The notes beneath the pieces were generated by a model. That model saw only the letters and a program-made list of their open reading frames with translations, was not told the origin of the DNA and searched no databases. Shown here piece by piece: positions 9,164 through 18,856 of a stretch of DNA of 64,000 nt; the first letter of the stretch is position 1, and the number at the start of each line of letters is the position of its first letter. Where the stretch lies: positions 4,590 through 68,589 of the forward strand of contig CAVORC010000012.1 of NCBI GenBank assembly GCA_963698505.1, written 5' to 3'. The DNA is from an uncultured Chloroflexia bacterium (GTDB lineage: Bacteria > Chloroflexota > Limnocylindria > Limnocylindrales > CSP1-4). A program made the translations under genes and the position numbers.

Positions 9164-10276
9164 TCACGTGGTGCTCGCGGTCGGCGCGTTGGAGTCGTCC
9201 TCATGGATGACCTGGGCGGCCTGCTGCTGCAGGGCCAGCCGCCGCTCAGCGCGCTGTTGGAGTTGGTCGACGATGAGGGCTGCCACGATGACGATGCCGG
9301 TCACGATCAGCTTCATGAACGACGAGACGTTCATCAACGTCAGGCCGTTGTTGAGCGTCCCGATGACGAGCGCGCCGATGATGGTGCCCACGATCGTCCC
9401 GCGACCACCGGCCAGCGATGTGCCGCCGAGCACGACCGCGGCGATGGCGTAGAGCTCGTAATAGAGCCCGGTGGCGGGATGCGCGGCAACGAGCTGGCTG
9501 GCGATGATGAGGCCGACCGTGGCGGCACAGAAGCCGCTGATCATGTAGACGATCATCTTGGTGCGGTTGACGCGTACGCCGGAGAGTTCCGCCGATCGCT
9601 CATTGCCGCCGACCGCATAGACGGCCCGTCCGAAGGGCGTCCGCGAGGTGACGAACCAGGCCACCACCGCGAAGATCACGAGGATGACCGTGGCCCAGGG
9701 CAGGAACTCGATGCCGAACAGCTGGCCGGTTCCCAGCTCGCGGAAGCCGGTGTTGCCCAGCTCCTCCTTGCCCACGAGGTTGGGGAAGGTCGCACCGTCG
9801 TTGATGATCCCGGCCAATCCGCGAGCCACCATCAGCATGCCCAGGGTGGCGATGAACGGAGCCACGTTGAAGCGCGTGATGATGAAGCCGCTGATGGCGC
9901 CCATGAAGGTGCCCGCCGCCAGCGAGAGGACCAGCACCATCCAGGTGTGCGGGAAGATGATCCAGTCGGCGACCTGCAGCCCCTCGTTGATGAGCAGGCC
10001 GGCCACGATGCCAGTGAAGCCGATGAGCGAGCCCACGGAGAGGTCGATGCCGGCGGTCAGGATGACGAACGTCATGCCGATGGCCAGGATGCCGTTGAGC
10101 GACGTCTGCTTGATGAGGATGATGACGTTGTTGTAGGTCGGGAAGCTGCCGGTCTCGAGGATCGAGAAGACGATGATGAGCGCGACGAGGGCGATGAGGG
10201 CCCGGCCCTTGAGCAGGAGCTGTGCCCACTCGGTCTGGGTCCTGCCGCGCTTCTGGGCCTGCGCTCCGGCCGTCAC
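9164..10276 (-). CDS. Sugar ABC transporter permease (RbsC/AraH family)
   Basis: 370 aa, multi-TM, with the permease family signature (GIDLSVGS...RTPFGRAVYAVGGNERSAELSGVRV). Confidence 0.85.
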   Translation of the reverse strand: MTAGAQAQKRGRTQTEWAQLLLKGRALIALVALIIVFSILETGSFPTYNNVIILIKQTSLNGILAIGMTFVILTAGIDLSVGSLIGFTGIVAGLLINEGLQVADWIIFPHTWMVLVLSLAAGTFMGAISGFIITRFNVAPFIATLGMLMVARGLAGIINDGATFPNLVGKEELGNTGFRELGTGQLFGIEFLPWATVILVIFAVVAWFVTSRTPFGRAVYAVGGNERSAELSGVRVNRTKMIVYMISGFCAATVGLIIASQLVAAHPATGLYYELYAIAAVVLGGTSLAGGRGTIVGTIIGALVIGTLNNGLTLMNVSSFMKLIVTGIVIVAALIVDQLQQRAERRLALQQQAAQVIHEDDSNAPTASTT

Positions 10277-11868
10277 TTGATCTCCTCCACGATCCTTCTC
10301 CCGTTCTCCCTTGTCGAGACCGCGGGACCATGCCCCACGGCAGACGCGTCCACCAGTTGCTTCTCGGTCGCCCGATGGCCCTCGTACTCGGCCACGACCT
10401 CGCCCTTGCTGAGCACGAGGATGCGGTCGGACATGGCCATCACTTCCTTGAGCTCCGAGCTGACGAAGACGATGCCGAAGCCTTCCAGGGCAAGGTGGCT
10501 CATGATGGCGAAGATCTCGCTCTTGGCGCCCACGTCGATCCCGCGCGTAGGCTCGTCGAGCAGCAGCACCCGCGGCTCGGTCAGCAGCCCCTTGGCCACG
10601 ACCACCTTCTGCTGATTGCCGCCGCTGAGCGAGCCGATGTTGTTGTTGGGGTCGGCCACCCGCACGGACAGGTCGCGGATCATCTGGTCGACCGCGTCAC
10701 GCTCCTTGGCGCGCGAAAGATAGGGCCCGTTGAGATAGCGCTTGAGGCTGGCCAGGACCATGTTGTGGGCGACCGAGAGCGTGGGCACGAGGCCCACGGT
10801 CTTGCGATCTTCCGGCACCAGCACCAGGCCTGCTCCGATGCGGTCCGCGACGGCGGCACCGGCGATGTCCCGTCCGTCGAGCACGATGGAGCCGCTGGCC
10901 TCCGGCCGGATGCCCGCGAGCACCTCCATCAGCTCGGTCCGGCCCGCGCCCATGAGCCCGTAGAGGCCCAGGATCTCACCGGCGTGGACGTCGAACGAAA
11001 CGTGGTCGAGCAGATATCCTCCGCCGAGTCGCGGCAGGGTCACGTCACGGATCTCGAGCAGGGTCTCTCCCACGTCATGCTCGGTGCGGGTGAAGAGCGA
11101 CTCCGCCGCCCGCCCCACCATCTGCTCGATGATCCAGGCCACGTCCACGTCCGCCGACTCGGCGTTAGCCACGACCCTGCCATCGCGCATGACCGTGATG
11201 CGGTCGCCGACCTGCAGCAGCTCCTCGAGCTTGTGGCTGATGTAGACGATGGCCACGCCACGGCTCTTGAGTTCCTCGATGATGCGGAAGAGGCCCTCGA
11301 CCTCCGCCTGGCTGAGCGCCGAGGTGGGCTCGTCCATGATGAGCACGCGCACGTCGTGGGTGAGCGCCTTGGCGATCTCCACGATCTGCTGCTGACCCAC
11401 GCGCAGGTTGCTCACCAGCTCGTCGGGGTCGATGTCTTGGCCCAAGCGTTCGAGCAACTCCGTGGCCAGCACTCGCTGGGCCTTGCGATCGATGGCCGGC
11501 CCGCGCGTGATCTCCTGTGCCAGGAAGAGGTTGTCCAGCACCGTCAGGTTGGTGCAGAGGTTGAGCTCCTGGAAGATGATGCCGACGCCGTGCTCCTGTG
11601 CCGCGGACACGCTGGGCAGCGAGACCGCTTGCCCGTCTACCAGGATCCGGCCTTCAGTGGGCTCCTCGACGCCGGCGAGCACCTTCATCAGCGTCGACTT
11701 GCCGGCGCCGTTCTCGCCGACCAGGACGTTGACCTGGCCTTGGTAGATGTCGAAGCTGACGTCGTCGAGCGCGGTCGTGCCGGGGAAGACCTTGGTGATG
11801 CGTTCGGCACGCATGACCACGCGCGGCTCCAGCTGGGTCGGTGGGGCGGCAGGCGCCAGCGTGGTCAT
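10273..11868 (-). CDS. Sugar ABC transporter ATP-binding protein with duplicated ATPase domains (RbsA/MglA-like)
   Basis: 531 aa with two Walker A motifs (GENGAGKST; GLMGAGRTEL), two LSGGQQ signatures and Walker B motifs. It overlaps both neighbouring genes by 4 bp. Confidence 0.9.
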   Translation of the reverse strand: MTTLAPAAPPTQLEPRVVMRAERITKVFPGTTALDDVSFDIYQGQVNVLVGENGAGKSTLMKVLAGVEEPTEGRILVDGQAVSLPSVSAAQEHGVGIIFQELNLCTNLTVLDNLFLAQEITRGPAIDRKAQRVLATELLERLGQDIDPDELVSNLRVGQQQIVEIAKALTHDVRVLIMDEPTSALSQAEVEGLFRIIEELKSRGVAIVYISHKLEELLQVGDRITVMRDGRVVANAESADVDVAWIIEQMVGRAAESLFTRTEHDVGETLLEIRDVTLPRLGGGYLLDHVSFDVHAGEILGLYGLMGAGRTELMEVLAGIRPEASGSIVLDGRDIAGAAVADRIGAGLVLVPEDRKTVGLVPTLSVAHNMVLASLKRYLNGPYLSRAKERDAVDQMIRDLSVRVADPNNNIGSLSGGNQQKVVVAKGLLTEPRVLLLDEPTRGIDVGAKSEIFAIMSHLALEGFGIVFVSSELKEVMAMSDRILVLSKGEVVAEYEGHRATEKQLVDASAVGHGPAVSTRENGRRIVEEIK

Positions 11869-12557
11869 CGCTCGGTCATCTCGATGGGCACCAGCTGGAT
11901 CTCGCTGACGTCGACGGTCGGCGTGTTGAAGGTGCGCAGTGTGAAGGCGCCGGTGAAGTCGACCGTCTTGCCCAGGAGGTTCTCCTTGTCGAGGCCCTCG
12001 AGCGCAGCGACGACCTTGCTGTTGAGCTCCTTGGCGACCTTGCCGAACTCGGTCTGCTCTCGGAAGTCACCGAATTCGATGAAGCCGGTGGCGTCGCGGA
12101 CCGACGACTCGTCGCTGGGAAGGCGCGTGCCGACCCACGCCCGCACCTTGATGGGCCCCTCGTAGCCATCGATCGCGAGCCCGATGCTGCCCTTGCTGGT
12201 GTCGACGTCCACGTCGGTCACGGTGCCGCTACCGCTGACGCGGTAGACGTGTGCCTCGCCGACGGTGATCAGCCCGAGCTCCTCGGCGATGGGCGTCAGG
12301 TCCGCAGATGCGATCGTGCCATCAGCGTTGGGCTCGATCCGGCTGAGCACGTCCGCTATCGGAACGACTCCCTCGCGGATGGCGGTCTGCACCGCTTCCC
12401 AGTTGTCATCGACATACGTGACGGGATCGAAGTCGACGGTGAGGGCGGCCTCGTCCTCGGTCGAGACGACGGTGAAGCCGAACAGCAGTGCCGCCATGGC
12501 GAAGACCGCGACGGCGCCCAGCGCGACGGCCAGACCGGGACTGACTCTCTCCTTCAT
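11865..12557 (-). CDS. Membrane-anchored or secreted accessory protein of the sugar ABC operon (DUF2291-like)
   Basis: About 230 aa from the Met of MKERVSPGLAVALGAVAVFAMAALLF (N-terminal TM anchor). It is operon-embedded with 4-bp overlaps. A GAGGTGG RBS precedes it. Confidence 0.45.
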   Translation of the reverse strand: MKERVSPGLAVALGAVAVFAMAALLFGFTVVSTEDEAALTVDFDPVTYVDDNWEAVQTAIREGVVPIADVLSRIEPNADGTIASADLTPIAEELGLITVGEAHVYRVSGSGTVTDVDVDTSKGSIGLAIDGYEGPIKVRAWVGTRLPSDESSVRDATGFIEFGDFREQTEFGKVAKELNSKVVAALEGLDKENLLGKTVDFTGAFTLRTFNTPTVDVSEIQLVPIEMTER

Positions 12558-13543
12558 ACCACCTCTGCTCCTGTGGGGATCTCTTCCGTGCGCGGGTCGC
12601 CCGTGCGGTCCCCGCCGGCGGGTGCCAGCAGGCGGGCCGCGGTGTAGGTGTCGGTGATGAGGCAGTTGATCCAGCCACCCAGCAGTGCCGCGCGGATGGC
12701 CTCGGTCTTGCCCGGCCCACCGGCTACGGCGATGGCCCGCGGCACGCGCTTGAGCTGCGCGAGATCGATGCCGATGACGCGGTCGTCGAGTGGCGTTCGC
12801 ACCACCTGTCCGTCCGCGCACAGGAAGCGCAGGCCGATGTCGCCGACGCCGCCGGCGGCGCGGACCGTCTGCAGCTCGGCGGGGGAGAAGACGTTGCCGC
12901 TGCTCGCGAGCAGGCCGGAGGGCTGCTGTCCGCCGATGCCGACCAGGGCCACGTCGAGCTCGTCGAAGAGAGCCACGGCTCGCTGAACGAACGGATCCGC
13001 CAGGAGCACCCGGCGCGCCTCGGCCGAGCCCACGCTGCTGGGTGCCGGCAGGAACGTGCCTTCGCCGTGCAGCAGGTAGGCCAGGCGGCGCACGAGGTGG
13101 GTGGCGTGGCCCTCCGCAGCCGGGTCGCCGCCGCCACCGAGGATCTGGACCACGCGCGTGTCGCGCACGCCGCTGACCGGGTGCATCGCCTCCACCATCG
13201 CCAGCAGCGAGGCGCTCCAGGAGCTGACGCCGATGATGTCCCCAGAGCGAACCGTTGATTCGAGGTGGAACGCCGCTGCGGCGCCCAGCTCGCGCACGGC
13301 GGCCGCGTCATCGTCGCGCGAGATCTCCACGATCTCTGCCTGCGCCAGGCCGTAGCGCGCCTCCAGCTCCTCCTCCAGCTGCGGCTCCGTACCGCTGGGG
13401 GCGCGCACGGAGATGCGCACGATGCCCTCCTCCTGCGCCTGCCGCAGCAGTCGTGAGACCTTGGGCTGGGAGAGGCGCAGGCGCGCGGCGATCTCCGGCT
13501 GCTTGAGACCCACCTCGTAGTAGAGCCGCGCGACGCGGGTCAT
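12554..13543 (-). CDS. SorC/DeoR-family sugar-binding transcriptional regulator
   Basis: HTH (MTRVARLYYEVGLKQPEIAARLRLSQPKVSRLLRQAQEEGIVRISV) plus a C-terminal sugar-binding domain. The upstream in-frame extension is actually the transketolase C-terminus in another context (TAEEHIVRGGLGGAVAEV). Confidence 0.8.
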   Translation of the reverse strand: MTRVARLYYEVGLKQPEIAARLRLSQPKVSRLLRQAQEEGIVRISVRAPSGTEPQLEEELEARYGLAQAEIVEISRDDDAAAVRELGAAAAFHLESTVRSGDIIGVSSWSASLLAMVEAMHPVSGVRDTRVVQILGGGGDPAAEGHATHLVRRLAYLLHGEGTFLPAPSSVGSAEARRVLLADPFVQRAVALFDELDVALVGIGGQQPSGLLASSGNVFSPAELQTVRAAGGVGDIGLRFLCADGQVVRTPLDDRVIGIDLAQLKRVPRAIAVAGGPGKTEAIRAALLGGWINCLITDTYTAARLLAPAGGDRTGDPRTEEIPTGAEVV

Positions 13544-13571
13544 CAGACGCAGCTCGTCGGCGCGCGCCACC

Positions 13572-14543
13572 TCAGCCTCCTGCCAGCTCGCGCGCGGCGG
13601 CGGCGATGCCGTCGGCAGTGAGGCCGGCGTGCTCGCAGCAGGAACTCCGGGGAGCCGGTGGGGCAGAAGCCGGGGAAGCCGAGGATGCGCATCGGTAGCG
13701 GGCGCTCGCGCGACCACGACCTCCGCGACGGCGCCGCCCAGGCCGCCGCGCACGATGTGCTCCTCCGCGGTCACGATGCCGCCGGTCTCGCGGGCCGCGG
13801 CCAGCACGGCCTCGCGATCGATGCGGGCCGACGGTGGCCATGTTCAGCACGCGTGCCTCGATGCCCTCGGCTGCCAGCGTCGTCGGCTGCCTCGAGCGCC
13901 CGGATCACCATGACGCCGTTGGCGATGATGGTCACGTCGTCGCCCTCGCGCAGGCGGGCGGCGCGGCCGATCTCGAAGCGATAGTCGGCGCGCATGGATG
14001 ATGGGCACGCCGCATGCGGCTGGTGCGCACGAAGACCGGGCCTTCGTGTTCGTAGGCGGCCCGGATCGGCCTGGGCGGTCTCGACCGGGTCAGCCGGCAC
14101 GATGACGGTGAGCCGGTCGATGGCGCGCAGTCCAGGCGATGTCCTCGATGGAGTGGTGCGTGGGCCCCAGCTCGCCGTAGGCCACGCCGCTGCTGACGCC
14201 CACGAGCTTGACGTTGGCGCCGCTGTAGGCGGCATCCACCTTGATCTGCTCCAGCGCACGCGCGGTGAGGAAGGGGGTTGCGCCGCAGACGAAGGGGATC
14301 TTGCCGCCGTTGGCCAGGCCGGCGCCCACGCCCACCATGTTCTGCTCGGCGATGCCGACGTTGACGACGCTGGCCCGGCAGCACCGTGGCCAGCTTGGTG
14401 ACCTTGGTCGAGCCCAGCGAGTCGTTCACCACGGCGACGACCCGCGGGTCTTCCTGCGCCAGCTCCACGAGCGTGTCAGCGAAGGCGTCGCGGCAGTCGT
14501 AGAGGTCGGCCGGTGCGGCGTGCGCCGCGGTCTGTGCGCTCAC
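13572..14543 (-). pseudogene. Transketolase C-terminal subunit, disrupted by about 6-7 single-base frameshifts
   Basis: Conserved segments are scattered over four reading frames: YDCRDAFADTLVELAQEDPRVVAVVNDSLGSTK; NVGIAEQNMVGVGAGLANGGKIPF...GELGPTHHSIEDIAW; RAIDRLTVIVPADPVETAQA; DYRFEIGRAARLREGDDVTIIANGVMV; ETGGIVTAEEHIVRGGLGGAVAEV; EHAGLTADGIAAAAREL*. Confidence 0.7.
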
Positions 14544-15396
14544 GCCCGGCCGCCTTCCAGCTCCGCCACGGCCCGCGCGTACTCCTCGTCGGTGGGCACG
14601 CGGTGGTGCCAGCTCCTTGCGGTCCTCGATGAACGAGACGCCGTGGCCCTTGGTGGTGTTGGCGATGACGCAGTTGGGCTTGCCGGCCTCGAAGGGGAGT
14701 GCGCGCGAAGGTGTCCAGCAGCGCGGCGATGATCGTGGCCGTCGATCTCGCGCACGGCCCAGCCGAAGGCGCGAACTTGGCCGGCAGCGGGTCCAGGCCC
14801 ATGGTCGTCTCGGTGCGGTCGCCCTGCTGCAGCCGGTTGCGGTCGACGATGCAGACGAGCCTGTCCAGGCCGAAGTGCCCGGCGGCCATGGCTGCCTCCC
14901 ACATCGAGCCCTCCTGTAGCTCGCCGTCACCGGTGAGGACGAAGGTGCGCCGCTCGGAACCGTCCAGTCTGGCCGCTGAGAGCGCGATGCCGACCGCCAC
15001 CGGGAAGCCGTGTCCCAGGGGGCCGGTGTTGGTCTCGACGCCAGGGACCTTGTTGCGGTCGGGATGGCCGTTCAGCCGCGAGAGCGGCGCCAGCCAGGTG
15101 TCGAGCTCGGCGACGTCGAAGTAGCCGGCCATGGCCAGGGTGGTGTACAGCGCCGCCGCCGAGTGGCCCTTGGAGAGCACGAAACGATCGCGCTCGGGAG
15201 CGTTCGGGTTCGCCGGGTCGTAGCGCAGCACGCCGCCGAAGTAGAGGGTGACCAGGATGTCCATCGCGGAGAACTCGCCACCGACGTGTCCCATGCCCGC
15301 GCCGTGGACCATACGGATGTCTCGCAGCCGCGCCTCTGCCGCTCGCCGGCGCAGGGCGTCCGCCTGGTCGTTGGTGGCTGCCTCCGCCGCCTTCAT
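14540..15396 (-). pseudogene. Transketolase N-terminal subunit, disrupted by about 3 frameshifts
   Basis: An intact N-terminal 205 aa (MKAAEAATNDQADALRRRAAEARLRDIRMVHGAGMGHVGGEFS...GDGELQEGSMWEA...GLDPLPAKF) is followed by EAFGWAVREIDGHD, then KPNCVIANTTKGHGVSFIEDRKEL, then DEEYARAVAELEGGRA* in three different frames. Confidence 0.7.
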
Positions 15397-15546
15397 CCGT
15401 CCCCCTGAATGTCTATTCATGTACGTATGAACAGTACACAGGATACCCATGCGCTGCTGAATACGTCAAGGCCCTCAGGATAGCAAACGATTGCGCGCGC
15501 GGCTGGGCGGTGATACCTCCGACATCGTGCGGAAGGGTTTGTGCCC

Positions 15547-17031
15547 CTACTCCGGGCGCAGCATCGTGCGCGCCACGGCGGCGCGCCAGCCGTCATGGAG
15601 CTGGTCGCGTTGGGCCGCCGACATCGTGGGCTCGAAGCGGTCGACGGAGCGAGGAAGGGTGGCGATGTCGGCGGTCGAGGCCCAGACCCCGGTGGCCAGC
15701 CCGGCGAGGTAGGCCGCGCCCATGGCCGACAGCTCGGCGGTGTTGTTGCGCTGCACGGGCACGCCGAGGATGTCGGCCTGGAACTGCATCAGCTGCTCGT
15801 TGCGCGTCACGCCGCCGTCGGCCAGCAGCACGTGCAGGGGACTGTCGCTGGACCCCTGCATGGCATCGAAGACATCCCGCACCTGGTAGGCGATGGACTC
15901 GATGGCCGCCCGTGCCAGTTGCGCCAGGCTCGAACCCCGCGTGAGGCCGCTGATGAGGCCGCGTGCCTGATCGTCCCAGTGGGGCGCGCCGAGCCCGACG
16001 AACGCCGGGACCAGGTAGATGCCATCGCTGCTTGGCGTCCGCCGGGCGAGCTCGGCGACCGACGCCGGACCCGCCAGCCCCACGAAGTCGGCCAGCCACT
16101 GGACCGCGGCACCGGTGACGTTGATATTGCCCTCGAGGGCGTAGACGGTGTGGTCCAGGCCCCAGGCCACCGTGGCCGCCAGCCCGGCGTCGGACGTCGG
16201 CCGCGTCGGCGTGGGCATCATCAACGAGCTGCCCGTGCCGTACGTGGCCTTGATCGAGCCCGCATCGAAGCCCGCGTGACCGAAGAGCGCCGCGTGCGAG
16301 TCACCCACGAGGGAGCCGATGGGCACGCCGTCGGGCAGGGCGCCGAGGGCGACGGTCGTGCCGAAGTGCGCGCTGGACGGCCTGATCTCCGGCAGCGCCG
16401 TGATGGGGATGCCGAAGGCCTCCGCCAGCCACGGATCCCAGTCGACCGTGGCGAGATCCATGAGCTGCGTGCGCGAGGCATTGCTGGCGTCGGTCGCATG
16501 CGCCGCGCCACCGCTCAGGTTCCACAGCACCCAGCTGTCAACGGTACCCAGGCCGATCTCGCCCGCCGCGGCCCTGGCGATGCCGTCGGGGGCCTGGTCC
16601 AGCAGCCAGCGCCACTTGCCAGCGGTGAAGCCAGGGTCGAGCGGCAGTCCGGTGCGAGCGGCGATCTCATCGGCGCGGCCTGCACCACGCAGCCGGTCGC
16701 ACAAGTCGACGGAGCGGCGACACTGCCAGCTGACGACGGGGCCGATGGGCATGCCGCTGGCACGCTCCCAGGCGACGGCCGATTCGCGCTGGTTGGAGAT
16801 GCCGATGGCGCGCAGGGTCGGGGCGTCGGCCGCTTCGAGCACCTCGTCGATGCACTCGCGCACCGTCCGCCACAGCTCGCTCGCATCCTGCTGCACCCAG
16901 CCTGGGCGCGGGTACTCGATCCCCATGGGTCGCGAGGCCTGCGCCACGACCGCGCCGTCCGCGTCGACGAGGATGGCCTTGGTGTTGGTGGTGCCCTGGT
17001 CGATGGCCAGGACGAGCCGGTCGCGGGACAT
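15547..17031 (-). CDS. glpK: FGGY-family carbohydrate kinase, glycerol kinase-like
   Basis: N-terminal motif LVLAIDQGTTNTKAILVD plus FGGY C-terminal motifs (GTGSSLMMPTP...HVLLADGGVTRNEQLMQFQADILGVPV). The long plus-strand ORF 15541..17142 is antisense to this gene and rejected. Confidence 0.75.
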   Translation of the reverse strand: MSRDRLVLAIDQGTTNTKAILVDADGAVVAQASRPMGIEYPRPGWVQQDASELWRTVRECIDEVLEAADAPTLRAIGISNQRESAVAWERASGMPIGPVVSWQCRRSVDLCDRLRGAGRADEIAARTGLPLDPGFTAGKWRWLLDQAPDGIARAAAGEIGLGTVDSWVLWNLSGGAAHATDASNASRTQLMDLATVDWDPWLAEAFGIPITALPEIRPSSAHFGTTVALGALPDGVPIGSLVGDSHAALFGHAGFDAGSIKATYGTGSSLMMPTPTRPTSDAGLAATVAWGLDHTVYALEGNINVTGAAVQWLADFVGLAGPASVAELARRTPSSDGIYLVPAFVGLGAPHWDDQARGLISGLTRGSSLAQLARAAIESIAYQVRDVFDAMQGSSDSPLHVLLADGGVTRNEQLMQFQADILGVPVQRNNTAELSAMGAAYLAGLATGVWASTADIATLPRSVDRFEPTMSAAQRDQLHDGWRAAVARTMLRPE

Positions 17032-17110
17032 GATAATTCGAGGATACGCGCGGCCGTGCGCAGTCGTACGGTTGGTGCTGCAGGCCATGGACCGAGGAGG
17101 AGCACGCCCG

Positions 17111-17947
17111 ATGAGCACACAGTACGTCGCCGTCTACGGTGACCCCGTCGAAGGCAACCCCACGTCGATCATGCAGAACGCCGCCTTCGAGCACGTCGGC
17201 CTCGACTGGCGCTACCTGGACATCCGCGTGCCGGCCGAGGCGCTGGTCGACGCGATCACGGCGGCCCGTGTGCTCGGGTTCGGCGGTCTCAACCTGACGC
17301 TGCCGCACAAGGTGGCGGTGATCCCGTTGCTGGACGGCCTGGAGCCATCGGCGGAGATCAGCGGGGCCTGCAACACCGTCGTGCGGCAGCCCGACGGGCG
17401 GCTCATCGGCTCGAACACGGACGGCTCGGGATTCGTCTGGTCGCTGCGCGACGCTGGGGTCGACCCGGCCGGGCTGGAGGTGGTGCTGCTGGGTGCGGGC
17501 GGTGCCGCGCGGGCGGTCGCGGTCGAGCTGGCGCTGGCCGGTGCCGCGCGGGTGACCGTGGCCAATCGCACGGCCGTCAGGCGCGACGAGCTCGTGGGCA
17601 TCCTGGGCAGCCGGACGTCGGTGGAGGCGGTCTCACTGCCGTGGGAGGGCACGCTGGCGGTGCCGGCCTGTGATGTGCTCGTTGACTGCACGCCGGTGGG
17701 CATGGGCAGTGGCGAGGCAGCTGAGCAGCACGTCGACGTCGACCTGGCCGCCCTGTCGCCCACCACGCTGGTGTGCGACCTCAACCCGGAGCGCTCGGAC
17801 ACGGCGTTCCTGCAGCTGGCGCGGTCGCGTGGCCACCGCACGATCGATGGCCTAGGCATGCTGGCTCGCCAGGGTGCCGCTGCGTTCACCGCCTGGACGG
17901 GACGGGAGGCACCCCTCGCCGTGATGATCGAAGCGCTCGGCGGCTAG
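17111..17947 (+). CDS. aroE: Shikimate dehydrogenase
   Basis: 278 aa from the Met of MSTQYVAVYGDPVEGNPTSIMQNAAFEHVGLDWRY. Contains NLTLPHKVAV and the GAGGAARAV NADP-binding motif. Confidence 0.8.
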   Translation: MSTQYVAVYGDPVEGNPTSIMQNAAFEHVGLDWRYLDIRVPAEALVDAITAARVLGFGGLNLTLPHKVAVIPLLDGLEPSAEISGACNTVVRQPDGRLIGSNTDGSGFVWSLRDAGVDPAGLEVVLLGAGGAARAVAVELALAGAARVTVANRTAVRRDELVGILGSRTSVEAVSLPWEGTLAVPACDVLVDCTPVGMGSGEAAEQHVDVDLAALSPTTLVCDLNPERSDTAFLQLARSRGHRTIDGLGMLARQGAAAFTAWTGREAPLAVMIEALGG

Positions 17948-18031
17948 GAACGACGACGTCCGCCCGACCCGGCTGGGTCTGCGGCGGACGTCGGTTCGTG
18001 CGTGCCGGGTCAGCCCGGCTCGTCGTTGCGC

Positions 18032-18541
18032 CTAGGACGCGTCGGTCTTGCCCATGCCCGGTGCGGGCTTGGCGTTGGCCGCCGCGTTGGCCGCCTCCAA
18101 CTGCTCGATGGCGGCGATCTGCTCGGGCGTCAGCCTGGACTTCTCGTTCTCGACGAAGGCCTGCTGGACGCCTGGGTAGCTGAGGTACAGGTAGATGAAG
18201 CCCGCGAGGATCCAGGGGATCGTGGAAGCCTCGACCGAGTTGCCGAACAGCAGGGCGAAGAAGCCCCAGATCAGCGTGAACAGGCTGATGAACAGGCCGA
18301 ACTGGACGGCGTAGGCACGCAGGTTCCAGAAGCCCATGGCGACCCAGATCCAGATGGCCGCGATCAGCAGGGCCCACAGCGCGGCGCCCCACTGCGGATT
18401 CTGGAAGGACATATCCCCGAAGCGGTCGTTGTCGATGGGGAAGTTCACGATGCCCAGGTACACGATCATCATGTACAGCTGGTACAAGCCTGCCAGGCCG
18501 GCTCCCGCCGCCAGGAGGATCACCCCGATGGGTCGTTTCAT
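18032..18541 (-). CDS. Hypothetical polytopic membrane protein
   Basis: About 170 aa from MKRPIGVILLAAGAGLAGL, with 4-5 TM helices and a C-terminal Ala/Asn-rich tail. A GGAG RBS precedes it. Confidence 0.45.
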   Translation of the reverse strand: MKRPIGVILLAAGAGLAGLYQLYMMIVYLGIVNFPIDNDRFGDMSFQNPQWGAALWALLIAAIWIWVAMGFWNLRAYAVQFGLFISLFTLIWGFFALLFGNSVEASTIPWILAGFIYLYLSYPGVQQAFVENEKSRLTPEQIAAIEQLEAANAAANAKPAPGMGKTDAS

Positions 18542-18856
18542 GGTCTCCACTCCCTTGTGTGTGATGTGTCCGGCGCCAGCCAAGTCGTTGGCACGGGGAT
18601 CCCCGGCTGCGGCCGTCTAGTCGTGCGAGCGTAGCAGTCCTGAGGTGCGGCACATCATCCAAAGTGGAGGATTGGTCGGCGTGGTCAGCCACGGTGCCGG
18701 TCGACGCACCGCCGTGGTACCTCTGGTGTGCTGCGGTGACGTCCCGGGTACACAAGTGTGGCGTCCGCGCACCAGAAGCTCGGCCCAGCCCCGGGGCCGG
18801 CACCGGAATTGACGGTCGTGCCGCCTACACTGGCGGTCCTACTGTCAGGAGGAACC

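Noticed and set aside
13932-14930. 332-aa ORF and the neighbouring 14090..14338, 13771..14259 and 14540..14902 ORFs treated as separate genes
   Set aside because: Each contains only an island of transketolase sequence flanked by out-of-frame junk. They are fragments of the two frameshifted transketolase subunit genes, not independent genes.
15397-15546. AT-richer 150-bp spacer with the imperfect palindrome TTCATGTACGTATGAA between the glpK stop and the transketolase start
   Set aside because: It could be a SorC-type operator, but the palindrome is imperfect and the downstream genes are pseudogenes. It is left as an unassigned spacer.
15541-17142. 533-aa plus-strand ORF
   Set aside because: It lies antisense across the whole glpK-like kinase gene. 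It has no conserved motifs and its Arg/Gly/Ala-rich composition is typical of a spurious antisense frame in a 70% GC genome.
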